Part shown: positions 11,922-25,357 of the stretch, one piece after another
Layout of the letters: each line of letters begins with the position of its first letter
How positions within the stretch are numbered: position 1 is the stretch's first letter
NCBI GenBank assembly: GCA_951406725.2
Contig: OX597823.1
Location: 60,264,001-60,328,000, forward strand
Direction: 5' to 3'
Length of the DNA stretch: 64,000 nt
Origin: Octopus vulgaris
Lineage: Eukaryota
Position numbers and translations under genes: made by a program
The notes under the pieces: generated by a model
Databases searched by the model: none
What the model was told of the DNA's origin: nothing
The model's input: the letters and a program-made list of their open reading frames with translations, nothing else

Positions 11922-12307
11922 GATTAGAGATTATGTTAGCCTCATGAAGGGATGGTGTTATCCAAGGAAATGCTGGTTCAATACCTAGTATTTTGGGAGA
12001 ATTGATTTTATTAAAATAATAGTTATATATATTTTAAAAACGTATAGTTTATATTCATATAAAGGAAGAAAAAGAAAACGGAGATTGTGAAGTTAATAAA
12101 TGTTTATTATCAATAACAAATCAATCATTATTCCTTACAGCTGTTTCAATTAATACTCAAAATATTCTTTTAAAAAACTTTACTTTTAATTTTACCAAAA
12201 TTTAATTGCTTTCCAGACTTACAGTTGAAAAAGTGTCAATGAGTGAAACCGGTACTGAAATGCTTTTTATAAAATTAATTTAGCATTTTCTATCTTGATT
12301 TTTTTTT

Positions 12308-12310
<3 letters not shown>
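11922..12310. mobile_element. PLE pLTR remnants between (TA)n tracts, with HHR-like motifs
   Basis: + 12222-12257 CAG UUGAAAA...GAAAC CG GUA CUG (stem II decayed); minus 12133-12160 ...GAAAC AGCU GUA AGG. Confidence 0.5.
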
Positions 12311-12355
<45 letters not shown>

Positions 12356-12685
12356 CAATGTAACTACACACTGTTGGTAAATTTTTCCCCTCTTCTTCAG
12401 ACTTTTCCATTTTTCCTTTCTCATTAACAGTTATGCTCAAAACGTCAAGAACTCCCGTTTTTTACTGAGTGTCAAACTAATACTTTCCTTGTGCATGTTC
12501 TATGGATGTTTGTTATTTTTAATTTTAATTGTTCATTTATTTGATTTGACATTATATATATATATATATATATATAAATATGTATGTATGCATGTATGTT
12601 TATGTACATGGAAAAAGAGAGAAGTTAAACTCAGAAATGTGCATTGTTAGTAATTAGGCTTCCCACAGTTTTGGTCTATATGTAT

Positions 12686-12945
12686 GATATTGTGTCTGGG
12701 GAGAGTCATTCTCTATTAGAGCCTTATTATTTAACACATTCACTGGTTTGATTTCCACTCATTTAGTTATTTGTTTTTCCTAGATATTATGGTGCATCTT
12801 GCAACCTTTTCAATAGTCTATTGAAAAGGTTGCAAGACACAATGAAAATTTTAGGAAAAATAAATGAATAAATGAGTGGAAATCGAACCTGTGAGTGTGT
12901 TAAATGATAAGGCACTAAAAGAGAATGACTCTCCCCTGACATAAT
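12686..12945. mobile_element. Older PLE-type inverted hairpin with U3:A8 HHR motif at 12817-12854 (+)
   Basis: Diverged inverted arms centred on CAATAG-T-CTATTG; UCUA UUGAAAA G GUUGC AAGAC ACAAU GAAA AU UU UAGG. Confidence 0.65.
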
Positions 12946-13189
12946 AAAATATGCTTCAACACACGAATTCACATAAAGAATCTTGCAAACCAAGTACAAA
13001 AACGAAATATGTGTGTATGTATATATATTTCATCAGTGTACCATATATCTGAAAAAGAAACACACTCTAAAATAGAGTAGTAATGTATCTATATACAGCT
13101 AGTATATGTTCAGTCATAGAGTGACCAATGGTTTCACATCTATAAAGGGCTTAGCCCCATGGATGACTTATCAGGCTCTAAAACTGAAG

Positions 13190-14230
13190 GCATATAATTC
13201 TTCAACTCTGGGAAATAGGAATCCATTACAATCAGTTAGTTAGTCAATAAACAAAGAATAATTAATTCAGGCCACCAAGGACGGTTTATCTCCCTCAGAC
13301 CTGTTCACATGGGTCAAGAGAGGGGGAACAGGGAATTTCACCCTTTGGCTACTTTTAGTTCATAAGGACTTTACTGGATCTAATCGATGTATAGGGAATC
13401 CTATGCTTGTAGCAGGTAGCATTTAAAATGGATGCAGGAGCAATAAATTTCTTGGTGAGAGTTCAGGAGCCTTGGTTTCAGGGAGTCTCTGAAGATCCTT
13501 GCTCATTCAGCTATGCAAAGCTTGCAGTGTCCACTCTTATTAATATATATTTCTTTACTACCCACAAGGGGCTAAACACAGAGGGGTCAAACAAGGATGG
13601 ACAAAGGGATTAAGTCGATTACATTGACCCCAGTGCGTAACAGGTACTTAATTTATCGACCCCGAAAGGATGAAAGGCAAAGTCGACCTCGGTGGAATTT
13701 GAACTCGGAACATAATGACAGACGAAATATGGCTATGCATTTCGCCCGGCGTGCTAACGTTTCTGCCAGCTCACACTCCTATTAATATAGGACCCCAGCC
13801 ACTCTTTGATCCTCCACTTGATATCATATGAGGTCCCTTCATCTTTGAGGCACCACCTGTAGCTTGCCAAGGACATGATGAATCATTATTCTGGAATCCT
13901 GAAAGAGGACCTGTGGTTGTACAGGTGCTGCTTGGAACCAATACATTTCCAGACTTGAGTGTTGGCTGTGTTCACATTTCTGGCAGATCCTCAGTTGGTT
14001 CCAGGCCTGCAGATGTTGATGTTGCAACTGATGTTACTAGGGTTGCTATCAATGGTATTATCACCAGGTATGGCTGCAGCTGTTGCCATTGTGATCATCC
14101 CTGGTTGTAGTGTTGAGGCACCCACATCACCATCGATGGGACCCACTTCACCATTGGCGACAGCAATAACAGTTTCAACTCAAAAGGAAATCAGAACTTT
14201 AAAGGTTACTACTGAATGCTCTAATAACTC
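13190..14230 (-). mobile_element. Penelope-like retroelement 3' fragment (GIY-YIG endonuclease C-terminus + pLTR), interrupted by SINE B
   Basis: Minus-strand remnants KQHLYNHRSSFRIPE...SLASYRWCLKDEGTSYDIKWRIKE and GHCKLCIAE*ARI...LLNSHQEIYCSCIHFKCYLL match PLE EN tails; decayed G3:C8 HHR downstream at 13275-13313. Confidence 0.75.
13550..13778 (-). mobile_element. SINE B, full length, approx. 10-bp TSD (TATTAATATA)
   Basis: Core GCCTTTCATCCTTTCGGGGTCGATAAATTAAGTACC on minus; flanking direct repeat. Confidence 0.85.
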
Positions 14231-14650
14231 TGCCAATTTGCTGCTGCTGCTGTTAATGATGATGACATATATACATATATATGAGTGAATGTGTGTGTGT
14301 GTGTGTATGTATGTGTGTGTGAGTGTGTATGTGTTTAAAGAATTTTACAGCAGTTAAAGAAACGTGAATTTCAAGCATCTTTTTCCTCCTAATCCAGAAT
14401 CACCTACTTCTTTATTTGACCTAATTTCAGTTGCAGTAGTGGGATATCTTGAGAAATATAACGCATGGAATAGTATAACGACCAGAGGTTTTAGAAATTC
14501 TGCTTTTATCATCAGATTACTTCCTCTGTTTCTCTCTCGCTCTCTCTCTCTCTCTCTCTTTGTATATTTATATGAAAATATATGTCATCATCATCATCAT
14601 CATCATCATTATTTAGCGTCCATTTTCCATGCTGGTATATACATACATAC

Positions 14651-14686
<36 letters not shown>

Positions 14687-14783
14687 ATAAAACGGTAAGA
14701 TAACAAAAGAAAGAAAGAGACCTCAATATTATGTAAATAGAGGAAATTTATCTATACAATATGTTACATTACTCGGTAGTCAA

Positions 14784-14844
14784 GATAAAACTCTGAGTTT
14801 CAGATGCCGAAGTGGAAATCCACAACACCATCTCTTCGGTTATC
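14784..14844 (-). ncRNA. Type I hammerhead variant (U4C) with long stem II, inside PLE-like insert 14686-14875
   Basis: GAUAA CCGAAGA GAUG-GUGUUGUGGAUUUCCACUUCGG-CAUC U GAAA CUC A GAG UU UUAUC. Confidence 0.6.
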
Positions 14845-14962
14845 TGGCTATTTGAAAACGTTATGAAAAAAAAAATATATATATTGTCTGTAAAATACAT
14901 AAATCTGAAAGAAGAAGACACACTCTAAGATGTAGAGTAGTATATATTAAAAATGGGGAAGG

Positions 14963-15064
14963 CCAGTTTATGGGGTTACCTCAGGTTTCCTGTCCATAAA
15001 GGGTTTAGCTTTATGGCATGATACCCTTTATAGATGAGAAGCCTAAGGTAATCCAATAAACCAG
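14963..15064. repeat. Diverged inverted repeat (MITE-like); related one-armed copy at about 13050-13170
   Basis: CAGTTTATGGGGTTACCTCAGG...ATAAAGGGT pairs with ACCCTTTAT...CCTAAGGTAATCCAATAAACC. Confidence 0.5.
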
Positions 15065-15135
15065 TTATATAATTGTTTTGGAATTATTTATCCTATCTCT
15101 CCTATCTATCAACCTACTTACCCAGCTACCTATCT

Positions 15136-15372
<237 letters not shown>

Positions 15373-16598
15373 CAATCTATTTGTTCGTTTCTCTCTTTAC
15401 TCTTTTACTCTTTTACTTGTTTCAGTCATTTGACTGCAGCCATGCTGGAGCACCACCTTTAGTCGAGCTAATGAGCAATGCTTCATGATGCAGACTAAGG
15501 ACCAAGTTTACTCTTTTACTTGTTTCAGTCATTTTGACTGTGGCCATGCTGGAGCACTGCCTTTAGTCAAGCAAATCGAATTTTTTCTTCTACAGAAAGA
15601 AGAGCAAGCCTTCTTCTATCATACTCTAAATTTTGGTCAACTTGCGCCGTAGGGTCTCGGAGGAGATAGTGTTAGTTAAAGGCTACCAAACCTGCCATAC
15701 ACAGACAACTTCAGCTTTATATATAGAGAGATTTGTCACTCAGATTGTGGCTGAGAATTTCATCAAAGATACATTCGTCTGTCCAATACAAGTTCCAGTT
15801 GAACACTGAGGGTGGGTATGGGAGGGGGGTGATGCAATTGACTTATCTGCTTCCTTGAAATTGCTGGAAAATGTGTCAAAATCTGCAATCCATATTTCAA
15901 TCAATTAAGCATGTGCATGCAAACATATAAGGTAAAGGTGGATTTACCTTCTTGTGACGTACCGACTCATAAGGACCGGTTTCCTTGTTTCATGCCATAA
16001 AAATTCTCCACCTGGATGGGATGCTGGTCTGTTGCAGGTTTACTCATTTTTGCCAGCCAAGTGGACTGGATCCTTGTGAATTGAAGTGTTTTGCTCAAGG
16101 ACACGACTCGTCAACCAGTCCAGGAACCGAAACTGCTACCTTACAATCATGAGTCCAACGCCCTAACCAATAAGCCACACACACCCACAAACATATATTG
16201 CAGGACAGGCAGCATATATTATTATCTTTGATTTTTTATAATGAAAATTCTTTAATAATGTACATCATATTGGTTATTGCAAAAAAAAAAAAAAAAAACA
16301 AAAAAAAAATCACCAACACAAACCAATATCTTATTAATTTTTGGAGTTAGGTAATGACTAGAAAAGAAGACTATGGTTGTTCTCCTAACTTTGTATAATT
16401 GCAGAATTTGAAATGGGAAGGTGGGAATGTAATTAACATTGAATATAATAAGCAACACAGAACTGGAGTAGCGAAAATGAAATAATTGAAGTTTCATTAA
16501 GTTGGTTAATTTTGTGTCTCTTGTATGATATGCATCTATGTAAGTATAAAGAGAGGGGTAGGGTAAACAGGAAAAGACAGATAAATAGCAAGTGAGAT

Positions 16599-16761
16599 AG
16601 GCGCAGGAGTGGCTTGTGGTAAGTAGCTTGCTTACCAGCCACATGGTTCCGGGTTCAGTCCCACTGTATGGCACCTTGGGCAAGTGTCTTCTACTATGGT
16701 CTAGGGCCAACCAAAGCCTTGTGAGTGGATTTGGTAGACAGAAACTGAAAGAAGCCTGTTG

Positions 16762-16817
<56 letters not shown>

Positions 16818-17030
16818 CGTGTGTGTTTGTGTTTGTCCCCTCAACATCACTTGACAACCGATGCTGGTGTGTTTACATCCCCGTAACTTAGTGGTTCGGC
16901 AAAAGAGACCAATAGAATAAGTACTAGGCTTACAAAGAATAAGTCCTGGGTTCGATTTGCTCGACTAAAGGCGGTGCTCCAGCATGGCCACAGTCAAATG
17001 ACTGAAACAAGTAAAAGAGTAAAAAAGTAC
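16599..17030 (+). mobile_element. SINE A, full length
   Basis: Colinear with the 1591 copy. Confidence 0.9.
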
Positions 17031-17445
17031 TAGCTTTCATTAGTGGAAGTATTGCCATTGCTGTTGTTTGCTAGCATTATTGATCTAAGTAATTATGTGG
17101 AAATGTTTGTTGACTTCATGCTCGTTAAATGAGGATAACGAAATAATAGGGAATAAAATAGAGGCTGTACCAATAGTAACAACAAACAGATATTGAAATT
17201 AATTAACATTGTAGTTGCGGGTGTGGCAGTGTGGTAAGTAGCTTGCTTCCCAACCATGTGGTTTCTGGTTCAATCCCACTGCATGGCACCAAGTGTTTTC
17301 TGCTATAACATCAAACCAACAAAAGCCTTGTGCATGGATTTGGTAGATGGATATAGCAAAAAAATATAGCAAAAAAGCTTGCTTTATATATAATGTATAT
17401 GTGTGTATGTGTGTATGTGTGTGTATGTATGTGTGTATGTGTGTG

Positions 17446-17501
<56 letters not shown>

Positions 17502-17816
17502 TAGATAGATAGATAGATAGATATATACATATATAAATAAAAACTTGGAGAAGAGAAATAGAGAAATAGAGAAATAACGTGTGCGTTCGGTCATATAGTA
17601 ATATAATAAATGAATAAAATATATGCATATATACATACATATATGAACATACTTACATCTACATGTATATATACATGCATACATATATATATGAGTACAG
17701 GACACCACAAATAAACGTAGAACACAACGAGAGATGAGAACATAAAATCAAACAAGGAAACAGACATTTTTTAAACAACGAAAAAACAGAGTACAGGACA
17801 AACAATACAAGGAAAA

Positions 17817-17886
17817 TTCCCCTTCATCAGCTGTCCCTGGTTCGACTCAAAGTGTGTTTCGAAGGTAAGGACAGAACACAGTCGAA
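17817..17886 (-). ncRNA. Hammerhead ribozyme with non-circularly permuted (pseudoknotted) strand order
   Basis: UUCGACU GUGU U CUGUCC UUAC CUUC GAA ACAC ACUUUG AGUCGAA CCAG GGACAG CUGAUGA A GGGG. Stem III GUGU/ACAC plus UUCGACU/AGUCGAA; stem I CUGUCC/GGACAG; stem II GGGG/CUUC; intact CUGAUGA, GAAA and GUU. Confidence 0.6.
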
Positions 17887-18331
17887 GCAGTCCTTCCTGC
17901 AAAAGGAATTAAATAAAATTCTTTTGCAGAGGGTAAAACAAGTGACAAAAACAGGACGTAAAAGCAATACAAATGAAGAAAAAACAGTACAATAAAATGA
18001 AGAAAAAACAGTACAATAAAGAAACAGGACAGGAAACAGACAATAAGGGCTTTTTTTGCCTGGACGGTGGAAAAATTAGTTAGAACGCTTGTGAAAAATC
18101 GGCTTACGAAGGACAGAGAAGTCGATCTATACTTGTTGAAAGATGAAGCTGAAAGAAAGTTTTAGCAACCTTCTGGTCAGGAGGAGGAGGAGGAGGAGAG
18201 AGAGAGAGAGGGGGGGAAAGAAACCAGAAGGATGAAAAATAAAGAAAGTTTTAGCAACCCTCTGGTCAGGAGGAGGAGGAGGAGAGAGAGATATATACAT
18301 AATTATTATTCACATACATTCATATATATAT

Positions 18332-18630
18332 ATTATCTGAAATGTACAGTATTATATGTCCATCATGGCCAAACCTACCAATCAATCAGTTTTGTGCTCG
18401 GGTTACAATGGAGTGTTAGGTAACAATCCAATTATTTAACCCTATGCTCATCAGAAGTAGCCGATATGGAATGAAAGATGATGACTATATTTCATTCCGT
18501 GTAGGCTACCTCTGATGTACATAGGGTTATATAATTGGGTTGTTACCTAACATTCCATTGTACTCTTGGCATGAAACCAATTGGTAAGATCAACTATTAT
18601 GGATATATAACACTGTGCATTTTGGATAAT
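18332..18630. mobile_element. Older PLE-type inverted hairpin; both arms carry decayed long-stem-II HHR motifs
   Basis: Arms of about 145 bp around 18477-18488; CTGATG...GAAACCAATTGGTA on + and CTGATGAG...AAAAC on minus. Confidence 0.6.
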
Positions 18631-18719
18631 ACATACCCATTTTATTGACAGATATACAAGTGCATCTTTCTCCTGACTTCTGGACATTTAGACGACTTAC
18701 ATATATCTATCTTTTTATC

Positions 18720-18765
<46 letters not shown>

Positions 18766-19052
18766 CAAAGTATGGGGTTTAGTTCACAAGTGATCTAAGC
18801 GATTAGGTATGCTAGCTAAGTACTGTAATGGATTACTAGGGCACCAAGATTACAGCCTAGACCATTAGTTAAGGAACCATTGCAGATTTGTATTTGCCTT
18901 GTTTCTCTCCTTGTTTTTTTCTGTGTCCCTTTCTGCAAAAGAGGGTAGGCTCGAAATGTAAAATACTTTTTCTTTTCCTGAGTGTTATACTAATACATCT
19001 GTTTGTTTTGTACACCACCTGTCTTCGTCTTTTGTTTTTCATAAACTCTCCA

Positions 19053-19118
<66 letters not shown>

Positions 19119-20499
19119 AATAATTGAGATTCAGTTGAATTAGGTACTTAAGTTGAAGCACCAAGTCAATCCAGTATTATTCACACAGCTCTAAGTAAGG
19201 TGAATAAAATCAAAATAAGCAACAGGATATCTCTCTCTCTCTCCCTGCATATATATATAGAGAGAGGGAGACAGAGAAAGAGAGAGTATATATAATATAT
19301 ATATGTGTGTGTGTGTGTATGTATATATATGTATATATACATGCGTATATATATATATATATGTATATACATACGTATATATATATATATATATTATATT
19401 AAATTATATTATATTATATATATATATATATATATATGTATTTAGATACATATGTATATATACATTTGTATATATCTTTATGTGTGTGTGTGTGTCTTTG
19501 CCTTTGTCTTTGTCCCCACCATCTCTTGACAACTGGTGTTGGTTTGTTTATGGCTCTATAACTTAGAATAGTAGCAAAAGAGATCAACACAGTAAGTACC
19601 AGGCTTTAAAAAAAGAGATAAGTACTAGCATCGATTTTTCTTTTTACTTAAAACTCTTCAGAGTAATGCTTCAGCATGGCCACAACAGTCCAATAACTGA
19701 AACAAGAAAAAGATATAAAATAAAAGGTATGATTTTAACTGAAAGATAGCAAAGGTATATTTTTATACATGATAGCTAGACTTCCTTCTTTAATAAAAAA
19801 AAATTCCTTTGTCTTGCTGTACCAGAATTCAAATAATTTCGATATTTTACCTGCTGATATCTCAAACCATTCTTTTCTTTTTTCTTTCTTTTTTTTTTCT
19901 TTTTTCGAAGAAAATTAGCCTTCTAGTTTTACTAGTTGGATCTGCATTAAGCAGGTTCTTCAATATAATGTAGAACATATGAAAGTATTTTTATATTAGT
20001 CACGCATCCTATGTTTCTCAGTATGGGTGCTGTTGAAACAACTTCTATGAATACTGAATTAGCATGTGTTTGGTAACTTGTATTCTAAGCCAACCCCTTA
20101 GAGAGATGTTGAATTGTTCTGATCGACCTACTTTAAAATAATGCCAAATCACTGACTAAACTCATGAATATTCCTCAAGCTGTCTTAGTGGATAACTTTC
20201 TTAGTCTTTTACTAAACACAGATATGCCCTGGACCAGTAAATTATTCTGTCACCTTTCTTACAAGCATTCCCTTCAGCTCTCAAGTCACTTGCAGAGCTA
20301 TATTTGGCTTCTTGAGCCAAAACATCTTCTGAAGTAAACTTTCAAGAATTCTTGAAACATCCCAAGATGCACCGTAAAGTGAAACCTTTGTGAATAGTAA
20401 TTTGAATTGTAGCTACATATTTATGACTGAATTCTTAATAGACAAGAACATTTTCATTAAATAAAAGTTTAAAATATGCAAAGTTGATTTATTCTTTTA

Positions 20500-20895
20500 T
20501 TTTTTTCTTCTTTTACTTGTTTCAGTCATTTGACTGCAGCCATGCTGGAGCACCACCTTTAGTCGAACAAATAAACCCCAGGACTTATTCTTTGTAAGCC
20601 TAGTACTTATTCTATCAGTTCCTTTTACCAAACTGCTAAGTTACAGGGATGTAAACACACCAAAATCAGTCATCAAGCAATGTTTGTGGGGACAAACACA
20701 CACAGACATACAAATACATATATATATATATGTATATATATTCAATGGGCTTCTTTCAGTTTCCATCTATCAAGTCCATTCACAAGGCTTTAGTCAGCCC
20801 AAGGCTATAGTAGAAGACACTTGCCCAAGGAGCCAAACAGTGGGACTGAACCTAGAACCACGTAGTTGGGAAGCAAGCTTCTTACCACACAGCTG
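20500..20895 (-). mobile_element. SINE A
   Basis: Reverse complement of the family consensus. Confidence 0.85.
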
Positions 20896-21524
20896 TTGAT
20901 ATTTGAATAAAACTGAAGTTACTCTTTCAATTTTATTCTGTTTTAGGTGAATGGAACTTCCAAAATAGAATAACATGTTCAATGATAAAAAAAAAGAGCT
21001 TGAAATTGGCTGAGCTGATACTGTACTGGGTTATCATTAGAACACTTGGTGGTTCATATCTTATAACCTTTAATGCATTTTGTTCTTAGAAAATAGACTT
21101 AATCCTTTTAATGCTAACCCATCTGAGACTGCTTTTGGTCATCAATCAGGACCAAGCTGGGAGAGAGGAGGTTGGCAACTATAGCAAAAACAACAGAAAG
21201 AAACTGAAATATTTTCGTAATCTAAAATTACAAAACAGACACAGAAGCTTGGTGTAGTCTCTTGCCTGCCTGGCTCCTGTCAAACCGTTCAACCTATGCC
21301 AGCATGGAAGGTGGATGCGAGACAATAATGATGAGGATGGTGTTAAAATGAGAGTGTAAGTAGTTTTTTTTTTTTATGTCACGACCAAAAATATGAAAGG
21401 CTTTCTGAAGATCAGTCTTTAAATTTCAATCTGATTTAAAATTCAGTGAAAAAAGAATGGAATTTTAAATTCGTATCAGTGAAGGATTTAGTTATCAATT
21501 TAAGAATGTATTTTAAAATATTTG

Positions 21525-21838
21525 GAGGCACAATGGCCCAGTGGTTAGGGCAGTGGACTCGTAGTCAGAGGATCACAGTTTCAATTCCCATACCTGGTGT
21601 TGTGCATGTTTATTGAGCAAAATCATCTAAAGATCCATTAGGCTCCAGCAGGGGCGGGGTGGCGAACCCTGTTGGACTCTTTCTCGCCTTAACTTTCTCT
21701 CACTCTTTCTTCCTGTTTCTTGAGTAACGCTTCAATTGACTGATATCCTGTCCAACCTGGGGGTAACATATGCACCATGGAAACTGGGCCCATGAGCCTG
21801 GCTAGGCTTGAAAATGGTGCATAAATAAATAAATAAAA
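21525..21838 (+). mobile_element. tRNA-headed SINE with (TAAA)n tail
   Basis: TGGCCCAGTGGTTAGGGC A-box, GTTTCAATTCCC B-box-like, TAAA tail. Confidence 0.55.
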
Positions 21839-22994
21839 TTTTTAAATATTGGTTTTCTATACTTCTAGATCCTTCATTTCAGTTTCTGAAAACGTCTCAG
21901 ATTTAAAATTTTTGACTTAAAACAAATTTTAATTAAAAAAAATTGGGAAAAAATATTTCAAGTTAAAATTATCATCCATAAAATTCTCAAAACTTCCACC
22001 TGACAAGAAATTAGTAAACCAATTCTATATTATATACTTTTATGGTTAAATTCTGTTATTTAATATTGAACATTCAGCATCAATAGGCTTTGTTGGCAAG
22101 CAAAAAGTTTAAGATTATGAAACTTTTTATATAACTCTACTATTTTCTTTCTTAACACTTTCTGTGGCTCTGCTTCGAATGAACTGGTGTTATTATATGA
22201 CATTAGACCCAGGCACTGATAAACTGTTGACATTTTCATGCTGTACATCCTTTGTGAACACAATCTGATGACATTATTGCTGTCAATATAGATGTGAAAA
22301 TGTCACGGTTAGAGTGCGTTAAGTGGTACCTTCTTAAGTCAATTGAAGTATGAAGTTTGCTTTTACTATAGTTCAGCATTAACCAGTATTCTTCCAGCAA
22401 TTTCACTGAAGAGAGCAAAACCTTTAAACTCAACAGTCCCAACTCTTTCTGATTTCTTTGGGGCAAGCTGTGGATAATTCACAGTACTTGTGTTGCTTAT
22501 TGAGTGTTCTGCATAGAGTATACAATAAAAGTTTGTTGTTTCTGTTTTGTTCTTTTTATTTTATTTATTTTTCTTGTAGTTTAAATACTATTATTTTTTT
22601 TTACTTTGGTTAGACATGCATTTGATAATAAATTAAGATGAATATCAGAAATTGATTATTGGTTCAATAATTTGAAATTGATTTTCAATTTTAATGAATT
22701 AATTCAAGTTTCAATGTAAGATTTTAAAATGTTTTTTAAGTTTTTGTTTTCATTGCTTTATTATTGGAATGGTTTGAAGCAGAGAAGCAGTACCTGAAGT
22801 CTTACAAGACACATCTGGATGACTATGCATTAAATTCTTGTGCAATTTTATTTATTCGCATATTTTTTAATTATCTTCACATTTCTGTTTCCAAAACACC
22901 AAATTCTTTGAATTCTCTTATACAACAAGCTTAGCAAAATTTTCAGCCATTTTGTATATGTATAAATATATGTCTACATGTGCATACATATATC

Positions 22995-23219
22995 TCTCTC
23001 TTTTACTCTTTTACTTGTTTCAGTCATTTGACTGCGGCCATGCTGAAGCACCGCCTTTTAATCGAGCAACTCGACCCCGGGAGTTATTCTTTGTAAACCC
23101 AGTACTTATTCTATCGGTCTCTTTTGCCGAACCGCTAAATGACGGGAACATAAACACACCAGCATCGGTTGTCAAACAATGCTAGGGGGACAAACACAGA
23201 CACACAAACACACACACAT

Positions 23220-23270
<51 letters not shown>

Positions 23271-23435
23271 TACGACAGGCTTCTTTCAGTTTCTGTCTAC
23301 CAAATCCACTCACAAGGCTTTAGTCGGCCCGAGGCTATAGTAGAAGACACTTGCCCAAGGTGCCACACAGTGGGACTGAACCTGGAACCATGTGGTTGGT
23401 AAACAAGCTACTTACCACACAGCCACTCCTGTGCC
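22995..23435 (-). mobile_element. SINE A, full length
   Basis: Reverse complement of the family consensus. Confidence 0.9.
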
Positions 23436-23562
23436 TTATATATACATATATATATAAGTTGCTATTGTACATTAAATTCAACTTTACATTTTATATATAT
23501 ATTTTATATATATATATATGCACATATTTATGTATGTATATCTATATATATGTGTGTGTGTA

Positions 23563-23608
<46 letters not shown>

Positions 23609-24434
23609 TATATGATGATGATATTGTGTTCAGTTTTTGAATTAACTATAATGAGTACATACATTCATACATACATACATACATACATACATACATACAT
23701 ACATACATACATACATACATACATACATACATACATGCAAACATATATATATATACACATAGGTACAGGCATGGCTTTGTAGTTAAGGTGTTTTCTTCCA
23801 AAACATGTGGTTTCATTTGTCCAAGGTCCCACTGAGTGGCTCCTTGAGCAAGTGTTGTCTATAGTCCTGAGTATAGCCTTGTGGGTGGATTTGGTGGATA
23901 GAAAATAAAAGAGGGCCATCATACACATATCTGTGTGCACATGAATTTGTATATGCATATATGTGTGTGTGTGTGTATCATCATCATCATCATCATCATT
24001 ATCGACATTTTATCATCCGTTTTCCATACTGGCATGGGATGGATGGCTTGAAAGGAACTGGCAAAGTGAGGGGCCACACAAGATTCCATAGTCTGTTTTG
24101 GCTCGGATTTTCTGCCACTAGATGGCCTTCCTAGCACCAGCCACTTTACAGAGTGTACTGGATGGTTTTTTTCATGGCACCTTTGATTTAGGTTCTCAAT
24201 TAGATCATGGTCGGCACATCTTGAGTACAGCAATGCACCACATATTTTTGTTCGTCTGTCTGTCTGTCTCGCTCTTCACATATATGCATATATATATATA
24301 GATACAGACAGACAGACAGAGACAGACAAATAAGCTGATAGTCCGGTAGACAGGCAGGTGGACAGACAGACTGACAGACAGATAGATATCAAGATAGGGA
24401 AACACAAGCATTTCCCACCCCTACTATATACACA

Positions 24435-24469
<35 letters not shown>

Positions 24470-25059
24470 TCCTCTCTATCTATCTATCTACCTTTGATCT
24501 TATGCACTCATAGGTTTAAAACATTTTCAATTATTTATCATATCATCATCGTTTTAAAGTCTACTTTTCTATGCTTGTATAGATCAACTGTGATTCATTG
24601 AGGTAACATTTTGCCAACCCTGCCTCTGATTCCAAGCAAAGTAATGCTTCTCCTTGGCCAGACATTTTTTCAAAGGAGACTAGAATTGAATGAAGCTACA
24701 TATATAACAGTGACACTCATTTACAACAATTAATTGATATCAGAATTTTACTTTATCACCGTCATTGTTTTCTAAAATGTATAATTGTCTAAGAGTACAA
24801 AACTCACTGTGAGATGTGTTGTTAGTCCTTTGCAAAATAAACTCTCAGCTACCGAGGTACTCATTCTCAGCTGAGCAGATTGCAATGATGTGAAAGTTAG
24901 TGTTTTGTTTAAGAATGCAATAGACCTCCTAGCCCAGGAATTGAACTTGTAATCTTACTATCACAAGTTCAATAAAATCTTCATTATTTATTAATTTTTA
25001 TTTGTATAAATTTCTTAAATATTGCTACTATGAAAAAAAAAAATACAAATTGATTTATA

Positions 25060-25084
25060 CACCACACACATTCACATGTATTCA

Positions 25085-25116
<32 letters not shown>

Positions 25117-25247
25117 AATAGATATATATGATATATATGTATGCATTTATATGTATGTGTATGTGTATATATATGTATATATTTACCTTATGTATATTTT
25201 TATACATATATGCATATATATATATATATAATATATATATGTGTGTG

Positions 25248-25278
<31 letters not shown>

Positions 25279-25284
25279 ATATAC

Positions 25285-25357
<73 letters not shown>

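Noticed and set aside
18930-18963. Further HHR-like traces (also about 12420, 35205 and 39750)
   Set aside because: Too degenerate in core or stems to call individually.
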